Shown: in pieces, positions 10,600-21,800 of the stretch
Layout of the letters: every line of letters starts with the position of its first letter
How positions within the stretch are numbered: the stretch's first letter is position 1
Source of the DNA: Macrostomum hystrix
Taxonomy: Eukaryota; Animalia; Platyhelminthes
Length of the DNA stretch: 64,000 nt
Direction: 5' to 3'
NCBI GenBank assembly: GCA_950097015.1
Contig: CATNEN010000002.1
Coordinates: 3,658,001 to 3,722,000, forward strand
Position numbers and translations under genes: made by a program
The notes under the pieces: model-generated
Seen by the model: only the letters and a program-made list of their open reading frames with translations
Told to the model about the DNA's origin: nothing
Databases searched by the model: none

Positions 10600-11028
10600 T
10601 CAAGAATCCTTCTTGGTCTCATCAGCTGAATGTTGCTGCTGATGATGAGGCAGCTGCGGACTTGGCAACAGAGTCCAGCCGGGGGCTCCGGCCTGCAACA
10701 GTCGAACCTCTTCGTCATCGAGTTGACGGCCAAAGTGCGGACTGAGCAGGGGAATGCCCTCGCGAGTGACGGGGTAGGCGAACTGCAGGTTGGCTGAGAT
10801 GAGCTCACGCCGGTGAGGATTGTAGGCCAGGCCGCGCCTACTCAGTGGGCAGACCAGGTACAGCAGGCAGGAGATGTCGAACACGTCAGCCTGATTGAAA
10901 GCTTCAGTCTGATTGGCCAACTGGCCGCCCTGTGCGCCGTCGGATGTCGGCGAAGAGCTGAGAAGCCGCCGACTGCAGGGCAGGCCTCGACGGGCCGGGA
11001 ACAGCAAGGCGCGAATCCTGAGGACTGA
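10600..11028 (-). CDS. PYURF: PreY/PYURF-like mitochondrial Trm112-domain protein; no genomic ATG found
   Basis: FDISCLLYLVCPLSRRGLAYNPHRRELISANLQFAYPVTREGIPLL matches the Trm112/PreY pattern (LVCP.S...L.Y...ELI....AYP...GIP). Arg/Leu/Ser-rich presequence. AATAAA at about 10525-10530 on the minus strand. Confidence 0.82.
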   Translation of the reverse strand, partial: SVLRIRALLFPARRGLPCSRRLLSSSPTSDGAQGGQLANQTEAFNQADVFDISCLLYLVCPLSRRGLAYNPHRRELISANLQFAYPVTREGIPLLSPHFGRQLDDEEVRLLQAGAPGWTLLPSPQLPHHQQQHSADETKKDS

Positions 11029-11139
11029 CTGCGGATTGGGATTTTTTAGTAGGGCAGTTTAGAACACAATTTAAGTAGCTCTTGAGTATAGTATAGGCTA
11101 GAGGAATAAGAAAGGATGAGTAAGCTGGCCTGAGAAAAT

Positions 11140-11600
11140 AAAACTGAAGTGGAATGGAGGGATGGAACTGAATTGATAAAACTGAATTGATGGAAGTGTA
11201 CGGATGGAAATGAAGGGATGGAAATGAAGGGATGGAAATGAAGGGTTGGAAATGAAAGAATGGAAACGAAGGGATGAAAATGAAGGGATGGGACTGAACT
11301 GAAAAATGAAGGCATGAGAGTGAAAGGATGAAAATGAAGGGATGGAAATGAAGGGATGGAAATGAATTGAAAAAATGAAGGGATGGAAGTGAAGGTTCGG
11401 AACTGAAATGATGAAAATATTAATTGAACTGAAAGGATTAAAATGAAGGGGTGAAAATGAAGGGATCGATTCAAAAGGAACTGAATTGATGGAACTGAAG
11501 GATGTATCTGAAGAGATGGGACTGAAAGGATGGAAATGAAGGGATGGAACCAAAGAAATGAAAGTGATGGGAAGGAACTGAAGGAAGGGAACTTAAAGGA
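11140..11600. repeat. Degenerate purine-rich repeat, about 14 bp
   Basis: GAAGGGATGGAAAT units. Confidence 0.85.
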
Positions 11601-11939
11601 AGGTTAGGTTACAAAATGAAAACTAAAAGCATTTGGGAAATGTTATTTAATACGAATAGGAAGTGTGGCTGACTTATATTTAGCACCTTATAATTTTCCT
11701 TATAATAATAAGTCACTACCACTACAGCTACAATAGAAGGGAACGCAATAATTCATTAAAAAGTATATTACAATGTTAAGAAATTATATCAACTATACGA
11801 AAAAAGTTTTCAGGTCAGTAAAGAATGTTTAAATTTTATGATAGTAAAAAGCCACTTCAGGGTAAAATCGCATTAAAACATTAAATAAGCAATATACAAA
11901 GTAACATAACTAACAGCGAATCTATCGTACAAAGAGTCA

Positions 11940-13100
11940 CAATTAGGCGAATCTCATACTAGACTGATAACTAGGCGAATCTCATACTAGACTGATAATT
12001 AGGCGAATCTCATACTAGAATTATAACTAGGCGAATCTCATAGCAGACTGATAATTAGGCGAATCTCATAGCAGACTGATAATTAGGCGAATCTCAGCAG
12101 ACTGATAATTAGGCGAATCTCAGCAGACTGATAATTAGGCGAATCTCATAGCAGACTGATAATTAGGCGAATCTCATAGCAGAATGATAATTAGGCGAAT
12201 CTCATAGCAGACTGATAATTAGGCGAATCTCAGCAGACTGATAATTAGGCGAATCTCAGCAGACTGATAATTAGGCGAATCTCAGCAGACTGATAATTAG
12301 GCGAATCTCAGCAGACTGATAATTAGGCGAATCTCAGCAGACTGATAATTAGGCGAATCTCAGCAGACTGATAATTAGGCGAATCTCATAGCAGACTGAT
12401 AATTAGGCGAATCTCATAACAGACTGATAATTAGGTGAATCTCATACTAGACTGATAATTAGGCGAATCTCATAGCAGACTGATAATTAGGCGAATCTCA
12501 TAGCAGACTGATAATTAGGCGAATCTCATAACAGACTGATAATTAGGTGAATCTCATAGCAGACTGATAATTAGGCGAATCTCATAACAGACTGATAATT
12601 AGGTGAATCTCATACTAGACTGATAATTAGGCGAATCTCATACTAGACTGATAATTAGGCGAATCTCATACTAGACTGATAATTAGGCGAATCTCATACT
12701 AGACTGATAATTAGGCGAATCTCATACTAGACTGATAACTAGGCGAATCTCATAGCAGACTGATAATTAGGCGAATCTCATACTAGACTGATAATTAGGC
12801 GAATCTCATACTAGACTGATAATTAGGCGAATCTCATAGCAGACTGATAATTAGGCGAATCTCATAGCAGACTGATAATTAGGTGAATCTCATACTAGAC
12901 TGATAATTAGGCGAATCTCATACTAGACTGATAATTAGGCGAATCTCATACTAGACTGATAATTAGGCGAATCTCATACTAGACTGATAATAAGGCGAAT
13001 CTCATACTAGACTGATAATTAGGCGAATCTCATACTAGACTGATAATAAGGCGAATCTCATACTAGACTGATAATTAGGCGAATCTCATACTAGACTGAA
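11940..13100. repeat. 26/28-bp minisatellite
   Basis: AATTAGGCGAATCTCATA(CT/GC)AGACTGAT, with 26-bp deletion variants. Confidence 0.95.
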
Positions 13101-13409
13101 CTTCGGTAAATCTCAAAGCATTCTAAAATTCGGCGAATATTTTGACAGTAGCGAAAAGCAAAAGTGCAACGGGTCAATGATATATATAAAAAATACAATT
13201 CGTCTTTTGATTAAGAGGCGAACAACTTTCAGGCATAGGTCGAATTAAAAAACGCATTTTAAAGTCCACATAGCATTAAAAAATATTTTCGACTTCGATG
13301 TGCCTTCGTAAAATATAAAAACAAATTCGTAACTGAAAAATCGGCTTTAAATACCGAAACAAACTGGCCCACGAACAATGGATTTTAATCTGAAAAATGA
13401 GATAAAATT

Positions 13410-13875
13410 TAGGACACTGGGATCTGAGTCAGGATATGTGGGATCTGGGTCAGGATATGTGGGATCTGAGTCAGGATATGTGGGATCTGAGTCAGGATAT
13501 GTGGGATCTGAGTCAGGATATGTGGGATCTGAGTCAGGATATGTGGGATCTGGATTAGGATATGTGGGATCTGGGTCAGGATATGTGGGAGCAGGGTCAG
13601 GATATTTGGGATCTGAATTAGGTTATGTGGGATCTGGGTCAGGATATGTGGGATCAGGGTCAGGATATGTGGGATCTGAGTCAGGATATGTGGGATCTGG
13701 ATTAGGATATGTGGGATCTGGGTCAGGATATGTGGGAGCAGGGTCAGGATATTTGGGATCTGAATTAGGTTATGTGGGATCAGGGTCAGGATATTTGGGA
13801 TCTGAGTAGAAATATGTGGGATCTGAGTGGGATGGGAATATGTGGGATCTGAGTGGGAATATGTGGGATCTGTGT
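13410..13875. repeat. 21-bp minisatellite, inverse orientation to the array at 14400-15960
   Basis: Unit GGATATGTGGGATCTG(A/G)GTCA. Confidence 0.93.
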
Positions 13876-13929
13876 CAGGTTTATTGAGGATTTGACCATG
13901 TGACGCACATGGAACAGTAGTGAAGTTGG

Positions 13930-16900
13930 TCACAGCATATCATGCTTGTCAGCGATGCCTCCGGTCTGCATGCTAACCGTTCGCCTCGGCAGCTGAGTCT
14001 CATACAGCAGTCGGGCTTGGCTGCCAGCCTCAAAGAAGGTGGCATTCGCATAGTTGGCGTGCAAGCTGATGGTCATGAAGGCGCCATCCAAATCTTCGGC
14101 CCTGTTCCAATAGTAGCGAATCGAGTCCTTGGGAAAGAGTTTCATATGCGCGGTGGACACTGTGACGTGTGCTGCAGCCCCAGTAACAAAATAGTCTGTG
14201 CCGTTCAGAACAATGTGCTGCATGTCATGCTCGTGACCGCACAGGTAGGCGCTGACTCTGTACTTCAGCAGCAGCGGATCCAGGCGTTTAATGAGGTCCG
14301 GGGTCGGGCCATGGTAACCGATGCTCCACACTGGGTGGTGGCCCCCGACGAACAGGTACGCGCATCTGCAGAGATGCACAGTGGCTGTTTACCGGACACC
14401 ATACCACATATCCTGACCCAGATCCCACATATCCTGACTCAGATCCCACATATCCTGACCCAGATCCCACATATCCTGACCCAGATCCCACATATCCTGA
14501 CCCAGATCCCACATATCCTGACCCAGATCCCACATATCCTGACTCAGATCCCACATATCCTGACCCAGATCCCACATATCCTGACCCAGATCCTACATAT
14601 CCTGACTCAGATCCCACATATCCTGACTCAGATCCCACATATCCTGACCCAGATCCCACATATCCTGACTCAGATCCCACATATCCTGACCCAGATGCCA
14701 CATATCCTGACCCAGATGCCACATATCCTGACCCAGATCCCACATATCCTGACTCAGATCCCACATATCCTGACCCAGATCCCACATATCCTGACCCAGA
14801 TCCCACATATCCTGACCCAGATCCCACATATCCTGACCCAGATGCCACATATCCTGACTCAGATCCCACATATCCTGACCCAGATCCCACATATCCTGAC
14901 TCAGATCCCACATATCCTGACTCAGATCCCACATATCCTGACTCAGATCCCACATATCCTGACCCAGATGCCACATATCCTGACCCAGATGCCACATATC
15001 CTGACTCAGATCGCACATATCCTGACTCAGATCCCACATATCCTGACCCAGATCCAACATATCCTGACTCAGATCCCACATATCCTGACCCAGATGCCAC
15101 ATATCCTGACCCAGATGCCACATATCCTGACCCAGATGCTACATATCCTAATCCAGATCACACATATCCTGACCCAGATGCCACATATCCTGACCCAGAT
15201 CCCACATATCCTGACCCAGATGCCACATATCCAAATCCAGATCCCACATATCCTGACCCAGATCCCACATATCCTGACTCAGATCCCACATATCCTGACT
15301 CAGATCCCACATATCCTGACCCTGATCCCACATATCCTGACTCAGATCCCACATATCCTGACTCAGATCCCACATATCCTGACCCAGATCCCACATATCC
15401 TGACTCAGATCCCACATATCCTGACCCAGATCCCACATATCCTGACTCAGATCCCACATATTCTGACCCAGATCCCACATATCCTGACCCAGATGCCACA
15501 TATCCTGACCCAGATGCCACATATCCTAATCCAGATCACACATATCCTGACCCAGATGCCACATATCCTGACCCAGATGCCACATATCCTGACCCAGACC
15601 CCACATATCCTGACCCTGATCCCACATATCTAAATTTTTATCTCAAATATTTTTACTCAGATCCCACATATCCTGACCCAGATCCCACATATCCTGACCC
15701 AGATCCAACATATCCTGACCCTGATCCCACATATCCTGACCCAGATCCAACATATCCTGACCCTGATCCCACATATCCTGACCCAGATCCAACATATCCT
15801 GACCCTGATCCCACATATCTAAATTTTGATCTCAAATATTTTTACTCGATCCCACATATCCTGACCCAGATGCCACATATCCTGACCCAGATGCCACATA
15901 TCCTGACCCAGATGCGACATATCCTAATCCAGATCACACATATCCTGACCCAGATGCCACATACACACACACTTAAGCAGTCTTTACAGCAAAAGAAAGC
16001 GAAACATTGAGTTGAATTGCTTAAAACTACTCACGAGTAGTACTGTTTGAGTTGCTGCTCAAGCCAGGTGTAGTAATGGTCTAAAATATGCTCGGTCAGT
16101 TTGGGCCGCTTCCCCGGTGACTTGGTTGCGGGGTGGCTGTGAAAGTCCGGGTGCAGTGACGCGGCAGACTCGGACAGCAGCACGGTGTCCACCAGTATGA
16201 AGGCAGCGCAATCGCCATCGTCCAGCTGGATCACTTTGGTGTGGAAATAGTCCGGGAAATTCCTGGCGATAGATGAGACAATGCACCGATCATTAGAATT
16301 TTATTAATCACGTTTGCCTCTCGCACTAAGGTCCCTGTGCTGGATTTCGCGGTAAGGCCAAATTAATTTAGGCCGCAGCCGTGGAGAGAAGGCTTGGAGT
16401 CTTGTCGAGCAATTTTCGTCCTTGAGGGTTAACCTCAGAGGCACAGTGCAATGTACACTGCCTGACGATGAGAAAGTCAGGGCAGATGAACACACCTGTG
16501 TGAACGTATGCCTGCGTACACTGCGTATCTGTGTGCGTGTGTGCTCAGGAGTCAGCGAAATGGGCGGAATGGTCTACTTGCTGGCTGCATGTCTAGTGTA
16601 ACCAAATAATGTGCTATTGCCTGCAGCCCTCCAGCAATTATTATTATTATTATTATGGGATGCTAGAAAAGGGATTTTACCTATTAGTTCTTGGGCAGGA
16701 CATAGGAGTGACGAACTCAAGAATTTGCACTCACCACCGTGGCGACCTCTTCGAGTAGAGAATCTGAGCGCTAACGTTGCCTCGCCAGTCATGATTGCCG
16801 GCCACCAAGTACCAGGGCGTCGGCAGCAGACGGGAGCCGTTGAAGACGGCTTCAAAAGTGCTTTGAAATCGGCGGTCATCAACGCTCTTAACGCCGTACG

Positions 16901-17159
16901 AATAGAAATTATCGCCAAGAGCGAAGACGGCTTCAACGCCGTTCGGCAGGCGACTAGCCAGAGAGTTCATTGCGGCGGCCGCGGTCAGCTCGTAGGGCGT
17001 CACAAACGGCCAGTCGCCAACGCCGCCCCAATCGGCAACAACAAAGACTGATTTTTGCGATCTAAGCATCGTCTCGATGCCGACTACCCTGTGAGCCAAG
17101 CAAGCCAGCAACAGGGTTGCTAGGCTTATACAAGCGGCCACTCTTGCCTCGTTAGACAT
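13930..17159 (-). CDS. ACP5: Tartrate-resistant / purple acid phosphatase (ACP5-like), 3 exons, about 362 aa
   Basis: Exons 17159-16735, 16262-16035 and 14365-13930. Signal peptide and all five metal-binding motifs: DWG, GDNFY, GNHD, GHHP, GHEH. AATAAA at 13885-13880 on the minus strand. Confidence 0.93.
14400..15960. repeat. 21-bp minisatellite in ACP5 intron 2
   Basis: Unit CCACATATCCTGAC(C/T)CAGATC. Confidence 0.95.
16300..16656 (+). mobile_element. SINE family 1 copy with (TTA)n tail, in ACP5 intron 1
   Basis: Same body as the 1095 and 25100 copies; ends ATTATTATTATTATTATTAT. Confidence 0.8.
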
Positions 17160-18038
17160 GGAAGATTGGAATCTTGGGGCTGCAAGAGAATAGCAGGCAT
17201 TTGAATCAAGACAGGCAGATGATACAACAGTTTAATATACTCGTTTTTTCTTAATATAGCTCATATTTTTCTTAGCAACAGGCTATTTAACGTGTTTATT
17301 TGGCCCTAGAAAAATCTAACTCAGTAAACTGTTGTGTTGTAATAATAGCTAAAAATAACAAATTAAGGTAGTTTAGACAAATTGCATGCTGTTTTAAACG
17401 CTTCCGTAAGCAAAAAACTATTCTGTGCCCACAAAATATAAATTTGGATTGCAAAGTTTGCAAGAAAGCAGAAATTTCTAAAAAAAACCTAACGTTTGAT
17501 TCATTTGGCATTGGCTAGGCTGTTTGAATCGACCTTTAAATTAATTTTGACCGTTAAATTAAAAGTTAAGCTAATTAAATATGAAACACCGCACGCATAG
17601 CAATTAAAAACCTGGTGGTGAGAAAGAGGGAGTTTTCCCTTGCCAGGCCACAGAAGCTGCAGTGAGACAGAAATTATCCCAACTTGCAGTGTACTTTTTA
17701 GTTTGCCCAAAGCCGCGTAAAACTACGCAGGTAGCAGCACTGCAAGCATTCAGCATTTCAGCCCAGTGTACAAACATCAGCAAGAAAGGGATGCAGAGTA
17801 CGAGTGAGGAGAGGGAAGGAGACACAAGCGACTGGCTGCAGATCCCCAGTCGACGGGGAGGGTAGAACAGAAATCCTGCTGCTGCATGACTGGGGTCTAG
17901 AAATGAGTAGTTTTGCGTCAAAAACACCGAGAAGCACTGCTCACACAATACGCAACTATTATTTAGATTAGTGAGAAACACTTGACAGCTCAAGCCACCC
18001 ACGGAGACACCGAGCCTAAACGAAGCAAGAAAATCGGC

Positions 18039-19750
18039 ATGCGCATGCGAACACTGACAAACCGATTGCGCAGGGCATGTCCGTTACTGGCTAGAATATG
18101 CCAAGATCGTGTCTTAACTCTGACAGTCGTCATTGGAGTGGCTGCACTGTTTTACTATCTGCACTATTACAAGGGAATGAGCCTGCACATACAGCTGCCG
18201 GGCATGTCTGAGGTCGATGATCAAGGATTTGATGGACCATTGCCGATACCGAAATTCGAAAATTTTCTGTCTCCTGCTAGCCTGAGTAACCTCACGATGC
18301 GAGGTATTAATAGCAAAAAGAGCAAAGTAAAAAAAGGTAGCACTAAAGTGAAAACAAAAATACCAAAGGATCACAAGGAGCTGCCAGCTCAATCCAAGGC
18401 GCCAGAGAAGCCAACAAATCCGCCAGTGACCAAGCAGCAGCTACGCCGCAGGCGCGGCGATGCTGAATACCTGACTAAAATCAACGTGACAATAGTGCAC
18501 GCGCCAAATTTAACTAACGAATGCTTCGCCAGTGGTCGATTGCTATTTTTAACGGCTTCAAATGTACTCGGCGACGTGCCAGAAGCTTCAGCAGGAAAGT
18601 CTACGTCTGCAGCAGCAGCGCAGGCTGCTGAACGACAGCGTCAAGCGGTGAGAGACACCTGGGGCTCCAGTGACAGCCTGGCCGCACAGGATCTACCAGA
18701 GAACTGGCGCAGCGGTTGCGTCATATTTTACATTCTGACACGTGACACAGCCGCACAGCGACTGATGATGAAGGAGGCTGAGAAGACTCAGGTGAGTTTG
18801 CAAACCTGGCTACACCAGAATTAACATCATGGTAGTGAGTTTACATCCGAGGCGAGGCCACATCGATTAGGCTCGCAGCCGCGGAGAGAAGGCATGGGGG
18901 CTTGTTTTACATTAATCAAAAAGTCTGTGAAGATATTCTCTAATCTGGGAGTGTGACTGCGTTGACATTTCGTGTGCCTGTGCGTGCTTTCGGATTCAGC
19001 GAAATCGGTAGAATTATTTCCAAGCCTTTTCGCAAAGCTTCTGCTTATTGTGTTTGTGTTACAAATCATCCACAGGATCTGATAATCCTATCTGCTAGTT
19101 CAGACACTCTCTCACAATGGTCGCCACACGAATTGGACATCATCTGCTCAGCCAAGGTTCTGTTTCAACTGTCCGGCATTGGACGACCGCCGGACGGTTA
19201 TACAATCCGAACCAATCACAAAGCCTTCTGGAACATTCACCGCCTAGTGAAATTTCTTCAAGGCACAAACGGATTGAGCGATTCAAGAATTGACGCTGGC
19301 AATTCTAGCAAGACCCAGACTGTGCTGCAATTGGCTGGCAAATCCGTACGCAGCGACTGGGTTCATCGCGACCCAATGGATCCCAGCTACACTAGCAAGC
19401 GCCAGTTCTCTGATCAGATGTACCCGGAATCGGCTTTGGATAATCCTGGCTACATTATCTCTAATCTGGCACTGAAGGCCATGTCCAACCTAGCGAATTC
19501 AACGCCGCTAGTGTACTATCGTGATGTCTACCTGAGCGGCATTCTACGACAAAAAGCTGGCATTCAATTGGACTTGGTGGCCGACATTAAAGCGGCCAGA
19601 GCTGTACCGGTATCGCCGTGTCATTATCGACTATTCGTTGCCACGCCAACAGTTGAAGCTGATGAGATGCTTAATGTCTGGCCTCAGTATCGAAATGCCA
19701 ATCACAAGTGCTCATACACTGTCATTGACGCAGATAGCGATGCAGTTTGA
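18039..19750 (+). CDS. GT31 beta-1,3-galactosyltransferase-like type II membrane protein with a degenerate DxD motif, about 475 aa
   Basis: Exons 18039-18791 and 19076-19750 (phase 0). N-terminal TM segment, RQAVRDTWG, E...DLII...D, YPESALDNPGYIIS and RDVYLSGI motifs. Confidence 0.78.
18845..18910 (+). mobile_element. SINE family 1 fragment in intron
   Basis: GGCGAGGCCACAT...GCAGCCGCGGAGAGAAGGCATGGGGGCTTGT. Confidence 0.65.
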
Positions 19751-19914
19751 GTCGTTTAACTGTGACAGAACAACATTACCTTATAGTCATGTTTACATTG
19801 GCGTGCTTTTTTATTCGGATAGCCCAAATCTCAGTTGCTAGGCAAAAATAAAGCATTCGAAGTGGGATCTCGATTATCTGGATATCCATTAGATAAAAAA
19901 GTTTTAAATCCGTT

Positions 19915-20210
19915 ATGCTTCGATTTTAGAATGTGTGGGATCGGGAGTTCGTCGATTTCAGAATGTGTGGGATCGGGAGTTCGTCGATTTCAGAATGTGT
20001 GGGATCGGGAGTTCGTCGATTTCAGAATGTGTTGGAATGAGAGTTCGTCGATTTCAGAATGTGTTCGATAGGGAGTTCGTCGATTTCAGAATGTGTTCGA
20101 TAGGGAGTTCGTCGATTTCAGAATGTGTGGGATCGGGAGTTCGTCGAATTGGGATTTCGTAGAATGGGAATTTCGTCGGATTAGGAGCTCAGCAAATTGG
20201 GATTTCAGCG
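19915..20210. repeat. 32-bp minisatellite
   Basis: TCGTCGATTTCAGAATGTGTGGGATCGGGAGT; period 32 (19949 to 19981). Confidence 0.9.
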
Positions 20211-20527
20211 AATCGTACAGTACCAAAAATGGTCATCAATATTTTTATATTCACGATAATTTTTCAAGGCATGAAAATTGAACTTTAAACTTTTTAAACA
20301 CATTATAAAGACTACTTTATATAGCTTAATCCTTGTCAATCCTTGTATCGGATAAATAAAATATTTATCTTCTCTTTAACAACTATAACACCTAGCTTAA
20401 AACTAACTAAGTTGTGATTATAAAAAAAAGAAAACGAAAAGACAAACGAACATTTTCAAAACCTCGAGAAGCAAAACTCTCACCGTTCAGCAAGGACATC
20501 CAATACTTATTAGCTGATACTCTAGTG

Positions 20528-21410
20528 CAGGGGTCGGCAAACTCCGGCCCGCGGGCCAGATGCGGCCCTCGAAGCTCCCAAATCCGGCCCGTTGCCCCTT
20601 CCAACACCTATAGTATCCTGTCTTATCTCTCCCGTGTCTCATCTCTCCCAGGTCTCATCTCTCCCATGTCTCATCTCTCCCGTGTCTCATCTCTCCCGTG
20701 TCTCATCTCTCCCGTGTCTCATCTATCCCGTGTCTCATCTCTCCCGTGTCTCATCTCTCCCGTGTCTCATCTATCCCGTGTCTCATCTCTCCCGTGTCTC
20801 ATCTCTCCCGTGTCTCATCTCTCCCGTGTCTCATCTCTCCCGTGTCTCATCTCTCCCGTGTCTCATCTCTCCCATGTCTCATCTCTCCCGTGTCTCATCT
20901 CTCCCGTGTCTCATCTCTCCCGTGTCTCATCTCTCCCGTGTCTCATCTCTCCCGTGTCTCATCTATCCCGTGTCTCATCTCTCCCGTGTCTCATCTCTCC
21001 CGTGTCTCATCTCTCCCATGTCTCATCTCTCCCGTGTCTCATCTCTCCCGTGTCTCATCTCTCCCATGTCTCATCTCTCCCGTGTCTCATCTCTCCCGTG
21101 TCTCATCTCTCCCGTGTCTCATCTATCCCGTGTCTCATCTCTCCCGTGTCTCATCTCTCCCGTGTCTCATCTATCCCGTGTCTCATCTCTCCCGTGTCTC
21201 ATCTCTCCCGTGTCTCATCTCTCCCGTGTCTCATCTCTCCCGTGTCTCATCTCTCCCAGGTCACATCTCTCCCGTGTCTCATCTCTCCCATGTCTCATCT
21301 CTCCTGTGTCTTATCTCGCCCTTATATCATATTTCTATAATCAAAGCGGCCCGCTGTCGTCTTTTAGATTCTCTCTTTGGCCCGGCAGCTAATAATTTTG
21401 CCGACCCCTG
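20528..21410. mobile_element. Non-autonomous hAT/Charlie MITE containing a 16-bp minisatellite
   Basis: TIRs CAGGGGTCGGCAAA and TTTGCCGACCCCTG. Perfect 8-bp TSD CTCTAGTG at 20520-20527 and 21411-21418. Subterminal CGGCCCGCGGGCC motifs. Internal (TCTCATCTCTCCCGTG)n at about 20620-21320. Confidence 0.92.
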
Positions 21411-21800
21411 CTCTAGTGAAACAAAATAGTGGCAAAATTAATAAAAATCTTAAATTACTGTGTTCAATTAGTTTCGAAAACAACTTTCAGTTGATTCATT
21501 TATCAATAGGGATGCGAAACTGGTCTTTTTTCTAAGCACTTTTGGTACTTGGTCGATATGCCAGTTGTTAGGTCAGATATACAGCTAGAGGTTCAGTCCA
21601 TGGACTGGTTAAGTGTCTGCCTTTTTCATATTTTACGCCGTCAAAATGACCAGTTAAACAGCCAAAAGTGTCCCACATTTTTTATTTCCTTTTTTTCGAG
21701 TGCCAATCTATGTATTTGAAATATGATAAGTGACGCTTAATTAACAGGAGACAATAGATCCGATTGAATTGTCACAAGCCCACGATGTCTATCTGCAATT

